In this document: positions 13,544 through 24,616 of the stretch, piece after piece
How the letters are laid out: each line of letters begins with the position of its first letter
Numbering within the stretch: position 1 is the stretch's first letter
DNA from: Cycas panzhihuaensis
Taxonomy: Eukaryota > Plantae > Cycadophyta
Assembly (NCBI GenBank): GCA_023213395.1
Contig: CM041465.1
Coordinates: forward strand, 122,023,741 to 122,087,740
Reading direction: 5' to 3'
DNA: 64,000 nt
The notes under the pieces: model-generated
Databases searched by the model: none
Told to the model about the DNA's origin: nothing
Seen by the model: the letters and a program-made list of their open reading frames with translations, nothing else
Made by a program: the position numbers and the translations under genes

Positions 13544-13596
13544 TTTATTCATGAGCATGAAAATACTCCCTATATTTTTAAGATCTCGAATCAAAC
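13544..13596 (+). pseudogene. Possible receptor-like kinase fragment (subdomain VIa-VIb)
   Basis: FIHEHENTPYIF-/DLESN (one frameshift) resembles LysM-RLK YIHEHTxxxYxHRDIKSxN; short match. Confidence 0.3.
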
Positions 13597-13696
13597 TATG
13601 TGAGAGGTATGAACATGTAGGTTGGTCTTTACATAAATTATGTAGTAGTAGCCATTGGAAGAATTCCAAGAGGCATCTTAGTTGGCCTATGATTAA

Positions 13697-14009
13697 GGAA
13701 GAAAAGGTGTGTATAGAGTCATCTACTCCACTATCAACAACAAGACCAATGAGTGGGTTGCCATTAAGAAAAAATTGATGTATTTAAATATTTAAGTATT
13801 GTCATATATTTTCTCTTTTAATTGACTTGAGGGTTAGAGTACTTGCATGCTAGAAATATGTTGCATCGAGACTTGCAACTTATGAATATGTTGATTAATG
13901 AGAATGAAGATCTTAAAATATATGACTTTAGACTTGCTCAAAATAAAACTAAACTGCCCATGACTTCTAAAGTGGTGAACTTGGATTATAGAGCACTAGA
14001 ATTACTTCT
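13697..14009 (+). pseudogene. Captured CMGC kinase fragments, most like a plant group-C MAP kinase (MPK1/2/7 type)
   Basis: GRKGVYRVIYSTINNKTNEWVAIKK (cf. [24 protein letters not shown]), then YFLF*L/GLEYLHARNMLHRDLQLMNMLINENEDLKIYDFRLAQ..MTSKVVNLDYRALELLL (cf. [62 protein letters not shown]). Confidence 0.8.
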
Positions 14010-14341
14010 TCAAGTAGCCACACATTTGAAAGATGGATGGCATGATATTCTAAGCATTTTTCATTCTCTTTCATGTACCATTACTCATTCTTGGCCTATT
14101 AGAAGACAACTACAGGTGATCAGTACCATCTTTATTAGGGTTTACCATATTCTTTGTGATTTACTTCAGGACATGTGAATGGGATAAGTCTATTTTTATT
14201 AAAATATATTTAATTCTAGTAATAGCGATACCTCCAACTACATGGAATGCAACTAGATGAAATTCAGTAAAATCATCACTTTCTATTTCTCCATTATAGT
14301 TGTGAGATGGAGATCTTATAGGAAAGGAAGACAAAGGTAAA

Positions 14342-14407
14342 AATATTGAAAGATTTGTGGTTCAGTTATCAACCCTAGTCGATGTATATGTGAATGATGC
14401 ATTTGGT
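14342..14407 (+). pseudogene. Captured phosphoglycerate kinase fragment
   Basis: NIERFVVQLSTLVDVYVNDAFG matches the PGK motif FAKKLASLADxYVNDAFG. Confidence 0.75.
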
Positions 14408-14749
14408 TTGTGATAACCTCATGGTTTAACTTATCATATTGTCAATTACATACTCTCAAATGTAGGGTTGTGCATGTAGAATGAGCTTTACCCACTTGGG
14501 ATTTCAACTCTAGGCAAAGCCCTATCATTAGGATCTTTTGGAGTAACAGGAATTGCTCCTACAAGTAAGCCATCATAATATGTCTATTTCATGGTTTTTT
14601 GATACTATAGAAGACAAAAAAAGTGGTGGAGGTAGAGTACAATAACAAAGAGATGGAGAGGAGTATCTGGAACATTGCACCCCCCATACATATTTTCTAG
14701 AGTGCCTCTTTTCATATCTAAACTCACTTGTTTGTTAGGTGTTCTATAG

Positions 14750-14967
14750 AACAATATCATTAACATGTATACGAAGTATGGTAGTTTGGATTATGTTCAG
14801 TAATTACAAAATGTGGTAGTTTGGATTATGTTCACCAATTGTTTAATGAAATTCCCAAATAAGATGAAGTTTCATGGAATGCATTAATCATAGGATATGT
14901 GTAGAATTGGTATGGTAAGGAAACCCTAAGACTTTTTGATCAAATGCAATGGTCATAGCTAATGCCA
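14750..14967 (+). pseudogene. Captured PLS-class PPR fragment 1
   Basis: NNIINMYTKYGSLDYVQ / TKCGSLDYVHQLFNEIPK*DEVSWNALIIGYV*NWYGKETLRLFDQMQWS. Confidence 0.88.
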
Positions 14968-15294
14968 TATTAGACCTTGTGAGTAATGAAAAAACTTCAC
15001 ATGAAAATAATTTGAATGAAATATTGAGTGGAACTATTCTTGAAAGCTAGGGTGTATTTTTCGCAAGCAAGAAAGCTTTTATTCAATGTAAAGATGTACT
15101 AGATATTGCATATGAAATGCTTGAAAAACTCTATTACATGTTAAATGGGAGACTATCAAGGTAGCATATGTTAAGGTATCTATTCATATACATGTAGTTC
15201 CTTGGTTTTGCAGTAGTAAGTCTAGCAGGCTTATGCTCATAATGAGTGTTGTCATAGTTCCTTAAATATCTTCTATCAAATAATATTGACAAAT

Positions 15295-15550
15295 ATCAAA
15301 CTTAACTGAGTCACTATGGTGAATGTTCTACCCAAGTGTGCCCATATAGTACATCTTTAATTGAGTAAGGAAATCTATGACTATGTACTCAAAAATGGAT
15401 TTGAGTCAGATGCGCATGTAAAAATAACCTTGTAGTTATTTATGCTAAATGCCCTTGTAGCTATGTATGCTAAATGTCAAGGATGTAAGCCATGTATTTG
15501 ATAAAATATCTTAAAGAGATGTGACCTCTTGAACTGCACTAATTATAGCA
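15295..15550 (+). pseudogene. Captured PLS-class PPR fragment 2
   Basis: IKLN*VTMVNVLPKCAHIVHL*LSKEIYDYVLKNGFESDAHV../ALVAMYAKC../VFDKIS*RDVTS*TALII. Confidence 0.85.
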
Positions 15551-15600
15551 GAGTTGTCAACTTTGTGTGATCCTTTCTATTAGAGAGGGGGAAGGTCAAG

Positions 15601-15750
15601 TCTAAAGTAAGCATAAAAGAATTAACTATTTTGGGAGTTGTCATAAAGTGCATTGAAGAGCACTAATTTGACGTATTATTTTTCCCAAGATCCTCCAAAA
15701 ATAAGTTACTCAGTTGGAGAAAGTTGTGGGGAGAGAGAAATAGATCTGCC
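15601..15750 (+). pseudogene. Captured FRIGIDA-like protein fragment
   Basis: KELTILGVVIKCIEEH*F..FP/DP/QK*VTQLEKV matches the FRIGIDA-family C-terminal motif KELxALxAVIKCIEEHKL..YPxDPLQKRVxQLEKA. Confidence 0.75.
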
Positions 15751-16905
15751 CATTACATTACAAGCAAAAGCTTGCCATCTTCATCATAAGGTTATACATA
15801 TCCATCAACTTGTACTTATTTGATTAGTTGGTTTATAGTACATATATTATAGGTCATTAGATAGACCCAACTTATTTAAGTTATAAGCGAAATGTTGGTT
15901 AGGAAGTAGCCTTCCTTTCTTCTTTGTAATGGCTAGTTATTTGTAGGCCTAACCAACCAAACATAACATTTAGCTATATGATTAGTTGTGATATATTTTT
16001 AGGTTAATTTAAGATTGAAGATATTACAATAGATAAAGATTGAAGATATTGTAGTAAAAGTGCAGATGATGAAAGTAAGTTAATTTGTTGAACTTGAGAG
16101 ATAGCCTCAGTTGGGAGATAGCACAAATTATATTACCAATATCATTGAATCTTACATTAATGAGGAAGATAGAGATTATGTTAAAGAAGGGAAAATACTT
16201 TGAATTTGATGTAAGAATTTCTACAGCTATGTTGTTAAAAACTATAGATGATAGCTTAGAACTGAATTTGAAAATTTAATAAAGTAAGTAAGGCATATAA
16301 CTAAAGCTCAATAAAATAATTCTTGAGCTTTTGATCCTATTAAATGGATACCTCTTAATGCACCTATAGTTCACTTTCCTTAGGCACACAACATCAAATG
16401 TGAATTCAAGTAAAGGAACTTGCATGTTCTTTGGAAGGTAGCACAAATTACACCCAGTCCTCTCGCTTCTTTGGTATAACATTTTAGATTTATATATTAA
16501 CTACATCAGGACCTTATATTCCCTCCATTATCTATATAACAAACTACAAATTCTTATTGTTATTATAGTAACAATGTTTGTTTGATTTACAATTTTATAG
16601 ACATATTTCCTATATTGTATTTCATTTCAATATACGCCAAATGTTATTGTAATATTTTTTAGGTTTGGAGGTATAACAAATTTTCTCTCCTTATTACCCT
16701 TTATCATGATGTATTAATTTGGAGGTATAATAAATTTGTTCTCATTAGTGGTGTTTATTTAGAGGCATAATTAATTTATCCTCCACATCACCATTAATGG
16801 CATTTTTAGATCTTGTGGAAGATGGAATAAATGCACTTCCTTTATATGTTGATTTAACAGTTGGTGTCCTATCTAAAGAGTGCAACATTTCTTATTTATT
16901 TCATG

Positions 16906-16953
16906 GCATGTAGTAGTGTAGATGATATTTACAACATGTATGACAAAATGTCT
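16906..16953 (+). pseudogene. Possible third PPR remnant
   Basis: ACSSVDDIYNMYDKMS resembles KCGSxDDARxVFDKMS; very short. Confidence 0.3.
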
Positions 16954-17566
16954 AATTTTATAGTGTCTGATTGGTGAGGTCGTTCAACCTAGTCCCAGGA
17001 TACATGTCAGATTTATATCTACATTATACTGATGAACCATGTATGCAAAGATGTTACCTAGACATCTAGTAAATACAATGACTTATCCCATGTGATATGG
17101 TGGATGGTGATATCTTTATATGGATGTTAGCAACTTTTCTCAATGAAATAGATTAATGGTCAACAAAAAGTATTGATACAACTTTTTACTATAAAAATTA
17201 AACATTATAGAAGGGTATTAGAACATAATATTTAATTTTATTAGATATATGATGAGGGTCTTATAGTCATTATTAGATATATGTTATATTAGTAAATGTT
17301 GAGTGTCCAATAGTCATTGTTTGGGTTAAGTTATAACTTCTATATGTGTGGGGTCATTTATACGCACACAATTATAACATACTTGTGAGGTCATCATGTA
17401 AGGTGCCATGTGCCACCTTGCATAATCAACCTTCTCATACTTATCTTTGTAATGAACTTATTCAAATACTATATGTATACAGTCATACATAAATGGAACT
17501 ATATAAAATATATCATTGTTCATCGTGAGTCTCATATATTGAGTGTGTGCATAATTTTATAGAACA

Positions 17567-17734
17567 TGCATGTATCCTACTTCTTAGATTTCATTTAATA
17601 TGGTGGGTTGTAGCTTTATGTTGTGAGCTCCTCCTCCTTCCTCTCAAATTTTATTAATAATCAAGAGCGTAGTTTCCTGACTTATTGCATTAGTAGCACC
17701 TATCTTCCCACATATTACTAGGAGTATTCATACA
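17567..17734 (-). pseudogene. Element F fragment: degenerate gag zinc-knuckle region
   Basis: Minus strand ...EDRCY*CNKSGNYALDY; lies between F protease and F gag once D and E are removed. Confidence 0.55.
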
Positions 17735-17739
17735 TGGTG

Positions 17740-20501
17740 TTTTGTAATCCTTACAACTAAATTATTAATACCAATAATTTGATAATTAATAATTATAACT
17801 TCTTAGAAGGCATGCCTCATTTATATAAACATACTCCCTTAAAACCATGTAGAATCATTGTATTTATTTAATATGATAGATTTATTTATTTTTTAAATAC
17901 CAAAGTTATATTCACTTTGGTAGTGAACATCAAATCCACTACAAGTGGCATCATATTGCTTCCTAGGAAATTCATGATCTATCTTTATATAGTCATCCTT
18001 AGCATTTTCATTGAATCCATCCTCTAATCCCCTGCACTCATTGATTTTAGGTTGTATTATAATCATTCTTCCTCTATTTCTTCCCTGCTTTGTTAAAGTT
18101 TACTTATGTTAACTATCATTTCACATTAATAATTTTCATATCATCCCATTTTTGTTATCATCTATGTGGTCATTTATAGACCTATGTTCTAGCATCTTAA
18201 TACTCACTTTCATAGCTATTACATTGTATTTCATTACCATCTTTGAGAGGATTTACAAACCTATGTATGGCAACTTAATATCTCCCTTCAGTCAACCATT
18301 ATTAGTATTTGATAATTACCAACACAACTATAAATATTTTTGCATTAAGTAGTTGAGTTTCCTATTCAAATACTAGATGTCCAGAAGAATATATTGACCT
18401 ACAAGTATATCATTGGTCTGAGGAGGGACACATAATAAATAAATATTATTTATTTCCTTATACATGGCAAAAAATAGATAGGGTTAATGTGTATGTATGT
18501 GTGTGTATATAGATTTATTAAACATTATGATATATAGATCAAAATTTTAAAAAGATAATATCACCCAAGCAAGTGTCCTTATATATATCTATTAGTGAAG
18601 TAGTAATGAGAGGTGAGCATATGACATGAGTATAGAATACCTTAGTGTATATTATATTTAGTGTTAATATATTCCTACATATATTAATTGCACATCATGT
18701 ATATTATCAGAAGTCTGCAAAATAAATTATAATAAACCTTCATGCATGCATGTCAGCTACACCTAGCATTATATTTTTGTATTTGATCTGCATCCATCCA
18801 CTTACCTTAGGATTGTTTTATATACCATCATCTACCTTATCTTGAATAACCCTATAATATAAGGCTTATACCTTAAAATAACATATAAGATCTGCTTCTT
18901 CCATGGTAGGGCATAATATGCTATGGTCCAAAATAAAAAATGAGCTTTATGCCTAGTTGTGGTCTAGATCTAATATAATAAATCTTTACTTTATTAGTGC
19001 AAGGGCATAATAAACAAACACATAATTGTTAACATATAATATCAACAAGCTTTGTGTTAGGCCATGGTTGGAAATAAAATATATTGGGAAATAATATATA
19101 TCTCAACATAAAAGCATTTGGCATTGGGAGTGATTGTTTGTTCAGCCTACCTTTGGTAAGCCATGGATGTAAACCATTCACATATACCTACATGGAAATA
19201 TAAATCAACCTACAAAATATATCAATCATAATAACACATAATCATATGCCATGTATTTTCATATATTATTTATGAATCATTACTTATTGTGAATGAGTTT
19301 CTTACCTCTACATTATAAATTATAGATGAGTTCTAGTGATATCTATGGAAAAAATAAATTAAAAATATCCTTACAAGTGACCACCTCTTTTTCGAGAGTA
19401 ATGGATCTATTAGTCTTAATGATTAGTTTGGTAAATTTGGAGATTTTTTTAAAGAAAATGATTACTCATTTAAAAATGAAGGGTTATGGATCTGAATTGC
19501 ATCTAGCTTTTTAGAAGATCACCTTTGTACATGGGCTGGAACATGGCACTCCCCATAATACAAACTAGATTGGGGAACCTTTATTTTAGAGCTTCAAGAA
19601 CAATTGTATTAAGCTACTTATGAGGCAACTCTATCTAAAACAAAAATTGGATCTCATAAAACACTAATTATAGAGGCTAATTTCTAATTTTCACAAACCT
19701 TTGATGAGCATATTGAGGACTTTATTTCATTAATATCTCCACTTAATAATAGTATAACCCTCTGAGAACTAGATATCTAAAAGGAATGCAATATGCTACC
19801 TATGGTACAAGAAGAATATTTGAATAATAAGATGGACTCTCTTCCTACTCAAGGTAAATTTTTGAATGATAATATGGATCTTCCCACTTATAAAATACAC
19901 AATGTTGGCATGCTTGAGTAGAACTAGGATCATCCCATATAATATGAAAATGATAATATGATTTACCATAAGAAGAATTCACTATTATATACTTTATGGG
20001 AGCATTTGGATCCCTACTTTTATGATTCTATAATTCATTATACTATGGGACCACACCCCTTTGATGTAAATAATTGACCAATGGGGTTGCATCCTCTCAA
20101 TTCATTAAATTAGTTAGTAGAAGTTATATTTTACCTGCATCACTTCTTATTAGTAAATTATATAATAATAATTTCTACATGTCAACATAAGGATAATAGG
20201 ACCATTTAAAACATATTAGAAATAGTAAGAGGTGGTGATATGATTTTTTAAGTCTATCCATGCTTCACGGATAAAGCATTTCAAAGAAGAGGAACTTGTT
20301 GCAAGCCTTATAACTAAATTATTAATATTAATAAATTAATAATTAATAGTCATGACTTGTCAAAATGGATGTTTCATTTACATAAAGATACACCCTTAAA
20401 ACCATGTAGAATCATCACATTTATTCAATACAATAAGTTTATTTTTTAAAAAAATTACCAAACTTATGTTTACTTTGGTAGTGGATATTAGATCCACTAC
20501 A
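17740..20501 (+). mobile_element. Element E: non-autonomous gypsy-derived LTR element with a gag remnant only
   Basis: LTRs ~17740-17943 and 20297-20501; TSD tggtg/tggta; degenerate PBS tggcatcata at 17946; PPT aaagaagaggaa at 20283-20294; gag-like ...IASSFLEDHLCTW..LDWGTFILELQEQ at ~19380-19610. Confidence 0.8.
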
Positions 20502-20639
20502 TGGTATATTAGGGCTTGGATCACCTAGTGTATGGTTGAAATTTCTCCCTTTATGATTAAACCTTTATGGTCTCCTTAATGGTCCTTACCTCATTTTCCA
20601 TCTTCCTTTCCAACCAACTTGCTTATCTTATGGTTTTGC

Positions 20640-21130
20640 CTATTGGTCTTCACAACACTTAGCCTTACAAATGGCCTCTTTTAAGGTTTTAGGCTCATAA
20701 ATCCTTATTCTTTTTTAAATGTTCTTATTTAATCTATTAATGAACCTATGGGTCTTTATATTTTCTTCTTGAATATAAGGATCATATTGGAGAAACTATA
20801 TGAATGCCATCTTATATTCATTTAATATCATGCTTCTTTGCATCAACTCATGGAAGGTTATTGCCTTCTTTTCATAATATCACTCTGAAATATACTTTTG
20901 CTTGAAGCACTTGATGAACTTGCTTTACTTTATGTATATTTCTTGAATTTCTTTGACCTTATTGTGATGTTTTCACCATAAGGATACTTTACTTATTAAA
21001 TTATAAGAAATAATCCTCACCTTCTCATTAGAGCTAAAATTATCCAATCCAAAGTACTGCTCAATGTTGAGAAACTATGCTTCTACTTCACATTCACTCT
21101 TGATTTCTCTATTGAAAATAGTTGGCCTTA
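20640..21130 (-). pseudogene. Element F gypsy (Tekay/Del-like) gag remnant
   Basis: EVEA*FLNIEQYFGLDNFSSNEKVRIISYNLISKVSLW..KFIKCFKQKYISE*YYEKKAITFHELMQ..RFINRL..YEPKTLKEAI. Confidence 0.8.
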
Positions 21131-21746
21131 TCTTTCTCATTTTAAACTATAGTATACTCTTTTTACCTCTATGACCACCTCATTTGGGAGTTTTATTAGA
21201 GGATTCAATGCTTATAGAGTGATGCTCTTTACTATAATCCCAAGCCCTTCTCTTGGTTTGCCTACTCTAATACTTATGAATTAATAGGTCTTAGGGCTTG
21301 CTTCTTCTTCTATTACTCCTAGTATTTTGAACTCTTATAGTATTCTCTTACTCCATTATCTGTTGATTGTCATGGGACATTACCTGATGGCTCTTTAAAA
21401 TCCTTTCATTATCTTCTTTATGGCTCTTGAATTATTCTGGCAAGTTGTGAATGATCTCCACTAAGGCAATTGAAATGTAATTTTGTGAGTGTTATCTATG
21501 CCTTAGAAACTCTTTAGTATTCAAATTTTCAAAGTTAAGGTGCCTTTTGCCTTGAGTGTCATCCCTATATAATAATTTTCCCACCCTCATGAAGTCTCTT
21601 ATTAGTCTGAATACAATTTTTCTAAGGTTGGTTTATATTTTGCCAATGTGCTTGAGCTCAACCTAATATCCTAATGAGCTCTTTGTTAATCATATATGCT
21701 CCAACTTTGAGGCTCTAATAAGCCCTTTATAAATGTCCATCTTAGA

Positions 21747-21758
21747 TCTCTAACACCA
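21747..21758 (-). promoter_or_regulatory. Degenerate PBS-Met of element F; its long 5' LTR probably starts at 21762 (tgtcataacc)
   Basis: tctctaacacca vs gctctgatacca, followed after 3 nt by TGTCA. Confidence 0.6.
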
Positions 21759-23679
21759 CCTTGTCATAACCCTACCTTGACTAAGGCTTAGCTGTGACCT
21801 TGCTTAGCTCTAACTTACTCGAGTTAACCAATTAATCCAACACTAAGTATACTAATTGGACTATAAAAGATTAAAATAAAGTATTATATATATGTGTGTG
21901 TATATGTGTATGTAGTGGAAAACATTTACCCAAAAGATATAATAAGTTTAAGAGGACAAGGATATTTCGTAAATGTTCCCAAAACACACCCTTAACATTA
22001 ATGTCATATAAAAGGGTATAAGTGCCAAAGTAAAATAATCACCAATATGCCATTATTTATTTTACTTGATTGTGAATATAACCAACCAAATTACTAAGAT
22101 AGATTCACCACCCAACCATCTAAATTCCCAAGGAGAAAGTTGCCCTTGAGCTAGTGCACATGATTTGAACATTAGAATACCGATATGCTTACTCTTCTCT
22201 TAAATCCAAATCTTATCCAAATAACTTCTTTGGTTATAAATTTTATAAATATTCAATAGTAAATTAATTGTGCTTTAGCATTAGACTTGAATTATAAATA
22301 AATTTAAAAAATACCATACCATATATGATTCATAACTAAATCAATCTTATTAGATTATCTCTTTGAGTGGCTTATGTATCTCATACCATACAATGCATGA
22401 CTTATAATCCCACATGTATCATCATTAGCTCTTATCATGATGAGGTTGCATGTTTCATATCACATTAGCAATCACTAATAATACAGTTTTGAATCCATAC
22501 ATTGTAGACATTACCCATGCATTTATGAACAAGAATAAGGAGGGGACTTTTTCAACCCTCACAGGAACGGGGACTCACTCAACGAAAATTCTTTTTATAA
22601 TACAAAGGAGACTCGTGCAACCCTCAAGGAATGGGTACTCACTCAACCCAAATTCCTTCTACCAGTTAAAGTTTATCACCTTTAAAATAGTCTAATAATA
22701 TTTACTTAGTAATAAATATACATATTCATATCGCTTACTAAATAAATCTCTCACACAGGATGATTGTAGTCTCTATGAGAATTGAATTATTTCCTTTGGA
22801 ATATTAATCTAGGATTTGGTTTCACTTAGTACCATTAATCTAGTTTTTCTTATAAATTCAACTATAGGAAATTGATAAAACCTCCATCATTAGATTTGAA
22901 TGACCCTCCTTCACCATCCTTATGAAAATTTAGCTCATAGACCTAGTCTAAGCCTCTCAAAAGATCTTTGGTTGCTTTTAGGCTTCTACTAGTCCTTATC
23001 TATTAACTTTTTCCTCTTCTGAAAATTTCTTCTACTTTAAAAGATGATAAAGAAAAAGATCCTCCCCTTTTCTCCTCCTCTTTCTATAACTAAATCTCTT
23101 CACCATGGTGAGCTAGCTTGTTTTCATTAATACCATTAAGTCTTAATGAGTGGATCTACATTTTGATGATTGTAATAATGTTGACAATTATTATAGTTAG
23201 AGTAGTTGCCAACTACCCTCTTGCCTAAAAGGTCAAAATATCTCTATGTATAGTCTTTTTATATATCTCATTCCATTTAGGAATACAGATGCCTTTTGTG
23301 GGTACCATATGAGGTTAATTTAACTTTTTTATATTAATTGATGAGAATGTTCTTAGTGAGACTATAAAAGTCAATTAATTATGTTTTTACTCTACATTTC
23401 TGTGCTTTTCATACTTTTAGGCTAAATAAGTGCATTTCATTACTATGGATAATTCATATTATTTACTTATAAATGTATGCCTTGGATCAAGGATTCCTAT
23501 GTAACTAGAATTATTCAAATTTAACCTCAGATGAATGAGTTTTAGTTATTTTTATTTCTATAATCAAAATGTTATCTCTTTTAGCCTTTATTTTGCAATC
23601 TTATTTATAAAAAATTAATCTTAACAAATCATTTATAGAAATTAAAAAAATGGTTCTTTGTTCATGCCCCTTTATTTCA

Positions 23680-24095
23680 TAACTTTGCAATCATATTCTT
23701 ATACCTCTCACCCAGTGACTCATTTGTGAAAATGTGAAATACTTATCTTTATTTTCCATCTTTTTATTTCATAACTTTGTCACTTAATCCTTTTATGCCC
23801 ACACTCAGTAGTCTACTTGTGAAAGTATAAGAATCTCTTAACTTATAACTTAACTTCACAACTTAATCATCCTCAATCCATACTTGGTAATCCGCTTGTG
23901 AAATTATGAGAATTACTTTATTTGTGACTTCACTTTGTAACTTTATAACTCAATCATCCTAAGTCTACACTCATTGGTCCACTTATGAAATTATAAGAAT
24001 CTCTTTACTTGTGATTTAATTTCATAACTTTGCATCTCAATCATCTTAAGTCCATAATCGATGATCCACTTATAAAATTACAAGAAGCTTACTTT
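23680..24095. repeat. Five degenerate ~86-bp tandem units (in the presumed F LTR)
   Basis: Recurring a(c/t)aacttt...ccactt(g/a)tgaaa(t/g)tat(a/g)agaat core at ~23725, 23816, 23895, 23982, 24068. Confidence 0.75.
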
Positions 24096-24424
24096 GGAAA
24101 AACCTAGCTCCAAAGTCTATTTCTAATAATCATAATTCCTTCCCTCGACATTTGTTTCTAGAGTTTTACCACTCATTAAAAATATCCTAATGTGCTTTTT
24201 ACTATGAGATAATTTCCAAAGGTTGAAAAGTATTTTATCTTAGCCCTTCTCTTCTTCAATGAAGGCTTGAGAGTAAAATACAAATATAGAACAAGTAAGA
24301 AGAGATAAAAAATATTACATGATGAGGGTGGTATTAATGAAAACCATGGCCTTTGATCCCCATATATAAATAGGTAGGAATGAGAGGGTTTAGGACACCT
24401 CTAAAGATCTATCATCACATGCCA

Positions 24425-24616
24425 TTAACAAATGCCTAATAAGTGAGCTACCTCCAAGATACGAGATATCACCTTAATGTGGGTATTATCCTAAGATTTC
24501 TCCCCTATAATATCTATTTGTTAACAAATACCTAATAAGTGAGCTACCTGCAAGATATGAGCTATCACCTCAATGTGGGCATTATCCTAACATTTCTCCT
24601 CTATAATATCTATTTG
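24425..24616. repeat. 96-bp tandem duplication spanning the A2 PPT / 3' LTR junction
   Basis: ttaacaaat..cctaa(g/c)atttctcc(c/t)ctataatatctatttg at 24425-24520 and 24521-24616. Confidence 0.9.

Larger units (their letters stand above)
13100..17561 (+). mobile_element. Element D: non-autonomous LTR retroelement carrying captured host-gene fragments
   Basis: LTRs 13100-13458 and 17216-17561; perfect TSD GAACA (13095-13099 / 17562-17566); PBS tggtatcaaagc at 13461-13472; PPT atagaaggg at 17207-17215; no gag/pol recognised inside. Confidence 0.9.

Noticed and set aside
14010-14070. QVATHLKDGWHDILSIF as an ARF-GEF fragment
   Set aside because: Only vague resemblance; left unassigned pending BLASTX.
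13843-14178. 111-aa ORF as a functional protein kinase gene
   Set aside because: Only subdomains VIa-VIII, with damaged motifs (HRDLQ, DFR, RALE), an unrelated C-terminus, and a location inside an LTR element; treated as a captured fragment.
19118-19162. FGIGSDCLFSLPLVS as a malate/lactate dehydrogenase fragment captured in element E
   Set aside because: Too short and weak to support by eye.
23680-24095. Regularly spaced repeats as a CRISPR-like array
   Set aside because: Whole units are homologous (no unique spacers), there are no cas genes, and the context is eukaryotic TE.
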